A stretch of DNA of 64,000 nucleotides, taken from assembly GCF_964355755.1 (NCBI RefSeq), contig NC_092675.1, positions 2,165,812 through 2,229,811 of the forward strand. Direction: 5' to 3'. Shown piece by piece: positions 12,448-24,971 of the stretch (its first letter is position 1; each line of letters begins with the position of its first letter). Below the pieces are notes generated by a model, which saw only the letters and a list, made by a program, of their open reading frames with translations, made no database searches and was not told the DNA's origin. The DNA comes from Antedon mediterranea (lineage: Eukaryota; Animalia; Echinodermata). The position numbers and the translations under genes are program-made.

Positions 12448-15400
12448 ATGATCTTAAAATCATAAAATCAAAATAGATTCGCGAAAGTAAATGTCTGAAA
12501 AATAATATCTTCAATCCAATGTTCTACTTTTACTTTCAGATAGTATTTTGCTTTATTGTTGTGAATTACCAAACTTATAGCATTTTACCTATAAAAATCA
12601 CATTCTTGTTTATTTTTATGATGGCAATCTTTAATGCATTTTAATACAATTTTAGTTAATAAATTGTATTACAGTACAGTAACTGTATACATTACAACAA
12701 TATTATACATTATATGTAATAATATAGTATTTATTTTATGAAGTACAAAATAAAGTGGTTCAATTATTTTACACAACAGTTCCTTACAAATATATTTCAA
12801 GCAAAAAAGAAAAATTGTTTGCGTTTCAACATAGCTGTTGTATAAGGGTGTTTTTTATGCACATAATCCTATTTGTAACATTCTACTTTAAATATAATCT
12901 TTGACTAAACGTCTCCCAAAGTGTGCAAAAGAATCCAGATTTATCACCCGTATTATGAATGAATAAAATAAACTCTATTGTTAGAGGTAAACAAGTAAGT
13001 CAAATGCTGTGTTTAGAATTATTTAGAGAACGATAATGATTTAATTGTTCATAAAATATTAATACTGTAGTACATTATTAAAATCTAAACAGTTTATCCA
13101 TACATTCTACTGTATGTATACTGTATGTTGTGTATTTTTAATTCTTTCATTTTGATTAAGTTGTTTAGCGCCCTCTTTTTCTACAATAAAGTCGCTTGCG
13201 TTTAAAAACGTTACGACGTTGTGAAAGAACAACCAAACGTGGGGTAATTACGTCAGATCAAAAGAAATAATGTGTTGTGACCAGACCTTGTTAACACGAA
13301 AGCGATCGAAAACTAAATGTTATAGATTAGAACAACAGAATGCAATCGTAATGCGTTAACAATTGTCATTAATAACGTAATTTCCGGAGGTGCCAATGGA
13401 TTTCTCTTCATAACCTCATTGTGAACTCTCAAAATGTACTATAACTTCCCTTAAATATTAACTATTAACATGTGACCGTGACATACATTATGATTATTTT
13501 GTACAGAGTAATTTTCTATCAGAAAATGGTAACCGAGGACAAGTAGATCCGGAGGTGCACGTCGGTGACGTGGGGGTGTACGTGTAGGACGCATGCCGTG
13601 TCAAGCAGTCTTGATTTCTTATCCTACTATATAATACTGATCGTCCATGCCTGCACTTGAATTATCGCAATTCATTATACAAATAAATTAAAGCTGAACA
13701 TAAAATATCGTATATAAATATACAAAACATTGAACCCAAGGGTACACAAGTTAACAGCTCCCCAATGTGTTGCACGCGTACGTGCCCCACAACGAGCCAA
13801 CCACTTTGACAGCTAAATTAAGTAAATGGAGTTTTGCCTATTACAAAATTAAGCGCGCAAAAATGATATGTAAAATAAAATGTAATGTAATAGTTCGGGC
13901 TAGACTCATTTTAATATACATCAACGTACCAGAAAAACATTCTCACTCACCGTCCAAATCCTGGCCTCACGCTGAAATTCAGAATTAATTGAATGCTGGG
14001 AATAACTTTTGAGCTGGACATAATCATGTCATACGTACCAGTAGCCTACACAACAGAACAGTAGCACTGATCACACTAACCTAAAGATTTTTAGAATCGT
14101 GGAATATAAGAGACTTTCATTTTTACTTTTTCATTGTTTCCTTATAATTGTATTTCATTAATTTGAATGTAAGGATAAGTGGTATAGTATCCGATCTGAG
14201 ACACGGTTCAGGATTGTTATTTTCCGTTCAACGTCACATGCTAAATCAATTTCTAACGTTGAAATCAAGAAACAAAGGAAACACTGCTAAAAAGAGAGGG
14301 TCTGCTCATTGCGCATATTATAATTTACAACAAACGAGACAGTAATAAAATGAAAGTATACCAGAGTCGAGTTGAATGCAGTTGATTTTGAAACAGGGAT
14401 AATCTACAAAAAGTTTATTTTACTGTTATTCAGTTTCAATGTATTATTAATGAATTCAAATGTAGTTATGTATTGAGACAGACGTCAGCACATTACTTGC
14501 ACCATTTGAATTGAAACGAATAGTGTTAGTCCTAATACACTCACGCATGAATGTTATTTCCGTTCACTTCTTGATGCGAGTTTGCCCGATGATTTTCTGC
14601 TGTAATTCCAGATATGCTTTTTCATACAGAGATGGGTCAAGGCCGTGTTCAGGAAAGGGGTAGACTGGTGTACTACAGGGACTGGCCTGGGATTCCTCAA
14701 CAAAGACAGTGGGGCAGCAGTGACAATTAGCTTAGTACAGTATACAAAGAGGCAGTTAGGCCTACGTCTACATTATCTGTAATGTTTGTTTTAACCATGC
14801 TTTTACGTCAATATGGCCGGTAGCAATAATATGTATTAATATGAATTATTGTTATTACTACTAAGCTATGTCAACATTGAGTAGTTATTAAACTGTAACT
14901 GTAGGCATGTTAATATTCTTTAAAGAAAATACGAAAGTGGAGGAGACAACTTGATGAAATATCACATGTATTTATACAGTATCAACATACAAACACATTT
15001 TAAAACTGTACCGTAACAGGATAAAGTATCATATTAAATTACTAATCGGTAAGGTCATATTTATATTCTATACATTAAAACATATAAATGAAAATACATA
15101 TAGTATATTAAAATACATGATAGGCCTCATTAAAGCAAGTAACCCTTCCCTATAACATCTGATCAGTTCATAAAACTTTAAAAGGTCAATATTATATACG
15201 GCAAATATGTAAGTTACTTAATTCAGCAGGTATGTCGTTCATACTATAATAGCACCATTCGAACTAAGCATGTTTTCACATCTCACAACCTGGGATATAC
15301 ATTTTAAGATTGTTACAGGGGGTTCTTTTTTCCCAAAAATGTATATTAACCCTGGCCGGACCCCTATGAGGTGCAAATAAAAGCTGCTCCTCTCTTTCGC

Positions 15401-16855
15401 TTAGTAACAATTTATAATAATAACACTAAAAATAATATTTAAAAGAATATATAATATTTCAGATATCATCATGTTTGTAACAACACTGGCTCCAGCAAAA
15501 AAAAATCTAACCCACCAAACCCTCAGGCTGACTATGTTTGTGACGTCACTGACAAAATATTGAGTTTGATTAATTTAAAGCAATGTTATGCAGACAATGC
15601 ATTAGAGATAGTGTATTACTAAAGGTAATGTTGCTATGTCTTAATCATTGATTTGAAATTAAATATTTATATACAATTTAAAACTAAATAGCATGAGTTC
15701 TTTCATTAAAACTCCTTATTACATTCCTTGGTTTATTTCTCCATGGTATAACATAGTACAGTCAGACGTCTGGAGAATAAAAATCCCAATATAGAGCACA
15801 TCGATATTTCTCTTAATTTCCACTGTTAAAACCACCAAGAATTCCATACGTTTCATTTTAGACAAACTAAAGATTTCAGTTGTCGATTCATCGTGTATAT
15901 AGGAATGGTTTTAGTTACAGAGTCGAAATAACTTATAAGCTATCAAAAGAAAGACAACATTTTATAATTGGCCAATTGTTCTAAAAAAAGTCACAATAGA
16001 AAAAGATATCAATGGTAATTTTAAAAATGCCCGTATGGTATTAGTACTTTAGCGTATGCTATAGCAAGCTTACGCAGCTGGACGATATTGCTGAGCAGGG
16101 ACAAGTAAACCTACGTACTACTAATCATATGCTGGTCTTTTAATTCTGAACCAGTTTTTGTATAATATCTCCGTGTCTCATTTCTCTCCGTCTCGATCGT
16201 CTTCTTTGTCGTCGGTCTATGTGTGTTCTGGGCCTATCATCTTCATTTATAAATTTTCTCGTCGCCGGGTCATTCTTGTGGAAGATGCTTTTTATTATTC
16301 GGTCTTGTAATGTTCAGCCTTTTCCGTATTACCCCTCCATCTTGGATGATCTTCTCTGATGTCTTCTCCTTTTGTGTTTTAGACCTATCCATTTTCAATC
16401 TGTTTTAATAAATGTTTTTGTCACTGGGGATCATGTATTAAGTTATATTAAAATGTCTTCATTTTGCGAAATTCCTAGGAGTCTCTTTGAGCCTCTGGCA
16501 TCAGGTTAATCAAAATAGTTCATAGGTTCACATGCGAGTCGATTTTTCTAGTGACGTGTATACTGATCGACAAATTCGCATATACAGCGTTACACGTGAT
16601 ATTATTTCTACCTTATCCTTAACCTTTAAAAAACCCGTGTGATACTTTGGACGAACATATTATGATGTATTATGGATTAACCGTTCCGTCACGTGTACAT
16701 TCGTTACCGAGTTTTACACGTTAGCCAAGATCCGTATGAAATTACCGTACTAATTCCGTACATCATAAAACTCATAAAAGAGCATTTGGCGGTTCTAAGG
16801 AACCATACACCAATGACGGGTAATCTTGATCGATCAAATGAATCAAACAGTGTGC

Positions 16856-19800
16856 TTAGCATAGTTTTTGTTGTGTAACAGCTTCGTCACCATCTTCAAT
16901 GTTTGGTTCAAATGCCGGATTTTGATTGGTATTTGATTTTTCGTCTGTCGAAACTCTTTGATTCCTGCGACTAAACAGGGATAGCATTATGGGTAAAATA
17001 AACAACGCGTGCAGAGCTCCAAGAGAAATTACCAGGAACATAGTTTTAAAAAATGCGCTAAATATATACACATCTGAGCTTGATATTACGAGGACTCCGA
17101 GTATGGAAGAGCCCGCTCCCTGCAAGACCGGCATCCCGAGGGAATACAAGCCCTCTTTTACGCGTTCGTCTGGCGTCGTAGCCTTACTAGTGGCATAATG
17201 GTAAGTGATATGGGCGGGAAAATCAACACTGAATCCAATGCAGACGATAATGACTATCATTGAAACTGGATCGAGGTTTACACCCCATAATGCCATGAAA
17301 CCAATCATTCCTAGTTCTATGGATAATATTGTTGCCGTAACCCACACGGCACACATCGGGACGGGGATAAGCATCAGTGACACCAACATCATTGAAAGAA
17401 GAGCGATGCCTAAACTCCTGAAAGTAGTTCCAAGTACTTTTAAATATTGATCGAAGAAAATGAATGGTGGTGTAAAAACAGTTATGTTGTATGATGACGA
17501 TTCAGCCGTTTCTCTAAATGTATCCATCACCTTTCTCTCATCAGATGTATGTTGAATATTCGTGGTGGTAACGTAAAATCTAGAAGCGATGATATTTTCA
17601 CCAGCATTGTCAAATTCAATATCATATGTAAAATCATTGAAATCTGGATGATTAAGAAAACTGTCTAGAACTGTCATCGGATTTATGTTTGGAAAGCCTT
17701 TACTGTATCTTATAAATTGTCTTAACCAAGACACAGAATAGTTAGATGGAAGTGTGAATTCCTGATTTTCAAACCTTGCCAGTTCACGATCAATGTCTAT
17801 CTGGATTTCTGGATTTGAAAAGTCAACTTCTACCGGTATCATCACAGAAACAGGGAATCCAAATTTCTTAAAATATGTGCTTTCGATGTCTAGAAACTTA
17901 GTAACAAACGAGTCTTTAGGGAGTATTTCTTGATACGAGAGGCCCTCTTGCAAACATGTAAGACCGTAAATAGCACATCCGATGTAAACGCAATACAAAA
18001 ATAAAATAACTGCTTTCACACCAGGTTTTAATATAAATGGACTGAATCGATCGCGGAAAAATATCGTCAACGGGTGAGGGGATTCAACAACGTGTAACTC
18101 ATCAGACTCTATGGCAGGTAAATCATCACCTTTAGTCTCTTCCATATTTGATGCAACAACGTCCGATGCCACCGGGGTATAGCTAGACCCACCATTATTA
18201 GACCCACCGCTTTTAGAAACTGCATCGTTGGGTGCAGCATCATTGTCAGAAGGTGAACTTTCAGATTTCACTCTCAGACCACAGCAAGTACTATCAGGTT
18301 TTACTTTCACACAACAGAAGATTGAATGTCTAGAAGCAGCCTCGCGACGACCAGATATAACCATACAACCAGCAAAGAATGTAATCTGATATATGTAGTC
18401 GAAGAAGACGGCGGAACCAGTTAAAATACTGAAGTACGATACCGCAGGAAATGGCGAGAAAGCGCCTACAACGAACACCAGAGTATCTGTGAGACTCGTG
18501 ATGGTTATTGACAACGCGGCATCAGATAACGTTAGACTTGTCCGTGTATCTACAGGTAAACGTGGGTTCGTGTTTTTCCAAGACGCCATCATTATAAACA
18601 TGTCGTCAACACCAATACCTGAAAAAGACAAACACAATAGTGATTGGACATTTCAAAACAACACCATTAAATATAGGGCCTACTTGTTCATCAATTTCAG
18701 CTTATAAATACTTGTTAAAATACTATTTTGTTCAGAAAGAAAAAAAATGTTTTGTTTCAAGTGTTGTTTAAGAAGTGTCATAGTAATGTTTGCCAACACT
18801 TTATATAAAATGTTAGCAGCTGTAAACCTCACTTCTAAGGACGATCAAAGCATTGATCGAAACGTCGAGAAACTCACAGTTCTTTTCAGAACTAATACAC
18901 GTGGTGTACCGCGAACTTTATATCAACAGCTGTAAACTGCTATTTAAACTAAACCGACAAAGATACTTACTTATGATAAAATAAGGTGCACTTGAACTTA
19001 TGTCGATGACTGGAACGCCACAAAGAGCTATCAGTCCAAAGCCTGAAAGAATAGCCAAGCACGCAGACAACACACCGGCTATGGCGAGGGTAGGTTTGTT
19101 CAGTACGCAATCAAGTCGCAAACAAGACAGTACAGAAAAGCCCATCAAAAGGGTGAACGCTATAGAAAACTGATTTCTAACGGCTTTGCTTTCTCTTGAA
19201 AGCGCTACATCTAATGAATGTGTTGTGTACACATAAACGTCTAAGAACTCCGTGTTCATTCCCTCAAACTCGTCAATAAAAGCGTCAAGCCAGTCTTCTG
19301 TCATGTCTTCTTCTCCTTGAATTGAGTACGACAATTGCATCGCTGTTGCTTTTAGTACAAACTCATCTTTAAGTTCCACGCCTGAAATCTCGTTTCCTAT
19401 AAAATACGGCGCCCCGTCTTTTCTCATCGCAAAGGGGTATCCTATACGTGTTGTATTTAAATTATTTGCATCAAATCCGTACAAGGTAAGGACGTTCGAC
19501 TTTGACTCGCATGATTGAGAATTCCATTTTTTTGCACAAATGTTATCAAATGTGTAGTACTTATCTCCATCTTGTATGGTTATGTCCTTTACTTTGTTAT
19601 CCAAGCGAAGTATTTCTTCAAATGGTTCCTTTTCAAGAACTCCGTCAGATGATTTGGAAATAACAATTATGCGTGCCGTTGCAACTTCAGATGTTCGACG
19701 AGATATCGGCGCGCCTTCACCAGTGTGGTTGCCGAAAATAGACTCAATAATACGTTTCTCCTCTTTCGCGGGACCATTATCCGGCGTGTATAGAAATTCT

Positions 19801-19955
19801 GCATCATCCTCAACATAAACATGCCTTAACCCCGATCCCAGGCCTATAGCAAGGACCAATGAACCAGCGATAAATAATATTGGATGACGAGCTAAAAATC
19901 TTCCATAGAAAGCGAAGAAACGTTTAAGGGCTTTTTCAATACAATCCGTACGCAT
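16856..19955 (-). CDS. Patched domain-containing protein (PTCHD3/Ptr-like, sterol-sensing RND family), ~915 aa
   Basis: Two coding exons, 18971-19955 and 16856-18618 (phase-1 GT-AG intron). N-terminal YGRFLARHPILFI...LYTPDNGPAKEE; SSD TM4 IGVDDMFI, SITITSLTD, FFDYIYQITFFAG; second repeat IIASRFY, PPFIFFDQY, WGVNLDPVSM...IGFSVDFPAHI. An acceptor at ~19977 suggests a 5'UTR intron. Confidence 0.9.
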
Positions 19956-22900
19956 TTTTAATGTTTACTTGAAACCTGCAATAAGAATAAAATGAACGTA
20001 GTAAGTAGGATATTAAATATTATGGCATTTATACATAATGTTTTGTTAATCATTTTAACTGTAAAAAATATATAGATAAATGTAGCATGCAGAGCCGATT
20101 CGATAGTGCTTAGCACTCATGGCAATCCCCAGGGTGCTGCACCGTTGTCATGTATTTTATGTTGTGTTTGTACATGAACATTTAATAAAAAAATAAAAGT
20201 AAAATTAACCACTGTTGTGTACAATTTAAAAATATTACCCGTTTAAACAATCAAATGTTTTGACCTTGAACACATTTCGACATCGATATACATGAATACG
20301 TTTTGTGTTTGGAGGCTGTATAACAATCAGGGAATATACTCCCTGATCAATTTGTGTTGTTGATGCATAGCACGTTCGTAAAAAGTAGACTATATAATGT
20401 ATTATGTCGAAATGAAAGGGTAACTCGGTGATATTCAAATCGTCGTTATCAGTTGCACTAATTGGTGGGTCGTACTGGTTAATAGAAGACCCTCTACAAA
20501 AAAAAAAATAGGTGGCCAAATGAAGTCGTTACGACAGGTGCATTATCCGCCTCGTAGTCGAATTAACTGAATTTGAAGGTTAAGCGACCCCTGCAATATT
20601 AAACCCCTCCACAGCCTACAGCAATAAAAGTAACGAGATTTTAACAGCGACCAGATGGAAAGTAATATTGATAGCTGGTTCCGACAGGTCCTCCCACTGC
20701 CCCTGTTCTAGTGAATAGAGGCATGGATTGACTGGAGACTAGTAGGCCTAACACCGAGTCTGGGTGTAAATGACCTCTGAACTCATGACCCACAACACCA
20801 CCCCTTCCCTCGTAGCAAATCTAATTATATAAATACCTGCATATATAAAACAGTACCATAACTCAATTACAACCCGGTACATGTATAAAGGAATGAACTG
20901 TCAACGACCGATGGAGATGGTCCCTGCATGAGTATATTCTTTTGACGGTTTCTAGTTGGTTCACTCATTTTTAACAAAAGTGGTCCCGTGAATAATAATT
21001 TCATAATAATTCATAAAAAAACTTTTAAATTATACCACTCTATTAATGAATGATACATTAACAGAACATGTGGAATAATATAATGAGGAAAGGTCATCTA
21101 ACAATCTACAGTGATGCACAATATGAACGTAAATGATTTTACTAGAAATCACGGTCCTTTTATGAATTCAGAATTTGTGACTAACAATGTACCCCAAAAT
21201 ATTGATCAATACAGTTCAATCAATAGCTTAAATAGCTCATTGGCATAATAAGTATGCTCTATGAAATAATGTTCTCAAACCATCTGCCGCTGTTGTAAAA
21301 TAGCACGATCAAACAACGTAATCTACCGGGTCACATTCAAATATGGGCGCGGCACATTATATTACAACATGTAGGCCTACATAAGTGATGTAGGAGATGT
21401 TATCTATATAATGGTGATTGTATATATAATATTTAAAGTAGAATAAAGCTGTCATAACATCAATTCGGCCGGGGGAAACAGCCGGGGGTAATACATCCGT
21501 TCTTTGTTCAGCAATCATTTTTCACATCCATTCACGAGAATATTAAGTGTTCATTCAAAGCTACAAACGCATGACTATAAACTGAAATGTACGTACCGTG
21601 GGAAATATGTAGGCCTATACAGCGAATCTGTCTGCCTCCTCAAATGTTGCTTACTGTGGTGCAAGACGATTAATAATTCATTTATTTCCAACTCAGTCTA
21701 ATCATCCAGTCTTGCTTCTTGACAGACCTGGTTCTCGCGCCGCTGTGAAATGCGTGGTTATCTTCTCTTCTTCACCGGTCTGGTTGTCACGATCACGTAT
21801 ATTAATATTTAATAATGGGTTAGGTCGTCGTCACGCTACGCCAGGTTTATGCAATGGGATAAATTGAAGGTTTTCAGTAATATCCGCACTTATCCGTGAC
21901 AACAAAACAAGACCAAGACATTTGTATAATAATGGTTGCATCACAAAATAAATAAGAGAAATAATAATTGGTGTTTTTATATATAAATAAAAAAGAAAGA
22001 ATAAACCGAATTAAAACGTATGAGATATAGACACACATGTCCTGTTGTAGGCCATCATTTTGTATTATTTCAAATAATATTTTAAAACATTTGTAATTAT
22101 TGTTTTCTTCCATGCCAAATCTACCAGAGGAAAATGGTTCGAGAATCGTCTATTCTTTTCGTCTTTAAAGTAAGTTCATTTGTGTGGACACATCTGTCCG
22201 GCTTGGATGAATTTTGCTAAAACTTTTAATAACGTATTAACGGGGAGAAACATTAATTGTTGTTATTCCTAAAGAAATCTCAACAATTAAGAATGAGTAC
22301 CGGTACTCAACTTAAACTTAACCATTATTTTAAGTTGTTGATATTATCAGACGGGAGTACAACTCGTCGCAGAGCATCTTCAATATCGATTGTACAAAAT
22401 GAGGGACATATGATTGGATATGCTAGCTAGTATAGGCCACATGGGACGTGTACTTTACCCCCCTTTACCACCTTCAACATGTCTGCACCAACAAGTGACA
22501 GCATCGGAAACCATAGAGTAAAGTGGAAACCAACCAATAACATCTCATAAACCAACCTTCAATAATTGAAGCCTACCTCTCGTGCAGCATGCAGAAATCC
22601 TCAACGGTGGTTACAGCAAGCATTTTCATTCTTTGATCTAGTGACCGATACCGTTGAAGAAGAGACAATTAAATAATTTCCATGGTAACCGTGCAGTTGT
22701 ACCAAATAAAAAAATGTGTGGAATGTTCGAGACCTCCAGGGGCGTTGTATACCTGGATTAATAGCTCAACCCATAAATCATCCATACTATGACAGAAGGA
22801 GTATAAAAAGTTGACAAATTCCGTTGTTGTATGATATCAATCAATTTCTTTATCAAGCTTTGGACTTATACAGATTATGTATACTATATTCTAGTAAAAA

Positions 22901-23404
22901 TTAGCACGATCACATTAAAAAAAATATCAAATTATTATTAGCATACTCAAATCTCGGACTCAAGTAACTCGGAAAGAATGAGGGCACTCATTCCAGCAAG
23001 TACATGACAAATCGTAATCTCCATACAACGTAATCATTCGACTGGATCTGAAATTAGTTTTTCTTTTTCTTCTGTATGAGGTTCGTTGTGTATAATAAAA
23101 TAGTTCAGAAAGGCCTTCCTTCGACGATTTTCTGTACGTCAGTATAAGCTTCATCCAACTATTTTAATTATAGAGGGCCTGAGCAGAAGTTGGACCCAAT
23201 CAGAAATCATACTTTGCGTTTAAGCGACGTCTTTTTAAAAAGCCGGTCGTCAGGCCTACTGCACAATTACTGAAATAAACTGACTAGAATTTCCGCACGA
23301 AGAGCACAATCGTTATTTTGTTGTTTTAAACTAGACCTAAGCCTAGCCTATACTACTTCTGTAAGATCAAATACGCAATGTTGGGTCGCGAAAAATCATA
23401 GGGT

Positions 23405-24210
23405 TTGATTGGTTGATTGATTCTTTTATTTTTCACACAACATTCATAAAAATATAAATAAAAGATTAAGTACAATAAAGTGTGAAAAACAGGATAACCA
23501 CAAGCAAGCAAAGCTTTTAATCTGTGGCACCCTAACTTAAAATATAAATTTACAAATATATTACAAAAATGTTTTCATGTAGTAAATAAATGAAGGAAAA
23601 TACAACGTACTATAATATAATATATATATATATATATATCAGTCTCAGAATATAATATACGAAAATGTAATTAATTAAGTAAAAGTTAGACATATTTTAC
23701 AAATGTTGTTTTCGCAAAGATATATTGTTTCTTTATAACTATTAATGCATTTATTTAGTAATAGTTTTTTAAATATTGATATATTTTCACTCTCTCTTAT
23801 ATTTCTTATATAAGTTGATTCCATAGCTTAGGTCCTCTATGCTATACTTTGCTGACCCATATTAGTTGATTTTAATTTTATACAATAATTGTCTTTATTT
23901 CGAGTGTTATATGTATGATAATTATCAAATAAACTGAATAAAGAATTAAAACATTTTGGAAGTTGTCCTTTTTGGTATTTAAACATAAAATTTAAAACAT
24001 TGTTTTTATACAAATCAAATATATTAAATGTGCCCGTTTTCACAAAGAGCTGAGAAGAGGGATGATGAAAGTCTACCTTACAAATGATCCTAAGAGCTTT
24101 TTTCTGAAGCAATAGAAGGCGATCCAAATTGTCTTTGTTTCCCGCACCCCATACAATAATACCATATGTCAACACTGGTAATATAAGTGTCAAAAAAGAA
24201 TATTGCAAAA
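23405..24210 (-). mobile_element. 5'-truncated CR1/L2(Crack)-type LINE 3' end
   Basis: ORF 23837-24208 has the post-RT motif LILPVLTYGIIVWG...LDRLLLLQKKALRII...HPSSQLF...HTYNTR; AT-rich 3'UTR ends in AATAAA plus an (AATC)n tail at ~23405-23430. Confidence 0.8.
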
Positions 24211-24595
24211 AGTATAACTAAGAATAGATTAAGATTGCGGTATTGGTATAATGTGACGCCCACGTGTTGCTACTCAGCGTTGTCAACGCAACACAGAATG
24301 TATTGTTTGGAAGTGTACGCGCGCGCGCAAACTAAGACCCTCTCGATGATTGTTTTGTGTGCGTTCGCATCCTTTGTTTTGTGACCGTCGTCAGGTGGTT
24401 AGCTCCGCAAAATCCAGCGGTGTGAACCGCTAACCCTCGGGACTCTGCTTGTCAGAGCTCCCAAAAATTGTTCCAAAAGTTGCGAACATCGTACAAGACA
24501 TTATGTGGGAATCATTTTAGTATAAAGTAAGAACTAAAGCTTTTTTTCGCAGGCCATAGGCTATATAGGCCTAGGCCTAGGAGGCCTAGGCCTAA

Positions 24596-24706
24596 AGCTC
24601 TGTCTACACTATCAAACTTTATGTGACAAAAAAATGTGATGTGCCCATATGATGATGGACATGATAACACCTGATAATGTCATATCACTAACATATTTGG
24701 GCATCA
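24596..24706. mobile_element. MITE family B partial copy, upstream of the SLC16 ATG
   Basis: Perfect left TIR agctctgtctacactatcaaact plus reverse-oriented core. Confidence 0.75.
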
Positions 24707-24971
24707 CCGAACATCATAATTTAGACCTAGGCCTAGGCCTAGCCTAGGCCCTAAGTGCTTTGATGACCGAACCAATTTATAATTGAAAACAGAACTTAGG
24801 CAAGGGCTAACGCTAACAATTATTAAGCACGAACAGTCTTGCCCACTTGATCATTTTTTTTATTTTCATTATTTTCTTTAGCTGTGTGCGTTTCAAGCGC
24901 TGTGTTCACTCTTAAACATAGGCTATAAAATTAATTTCATTAACATAATCTTTGGAAAAGAAACCAGACAA

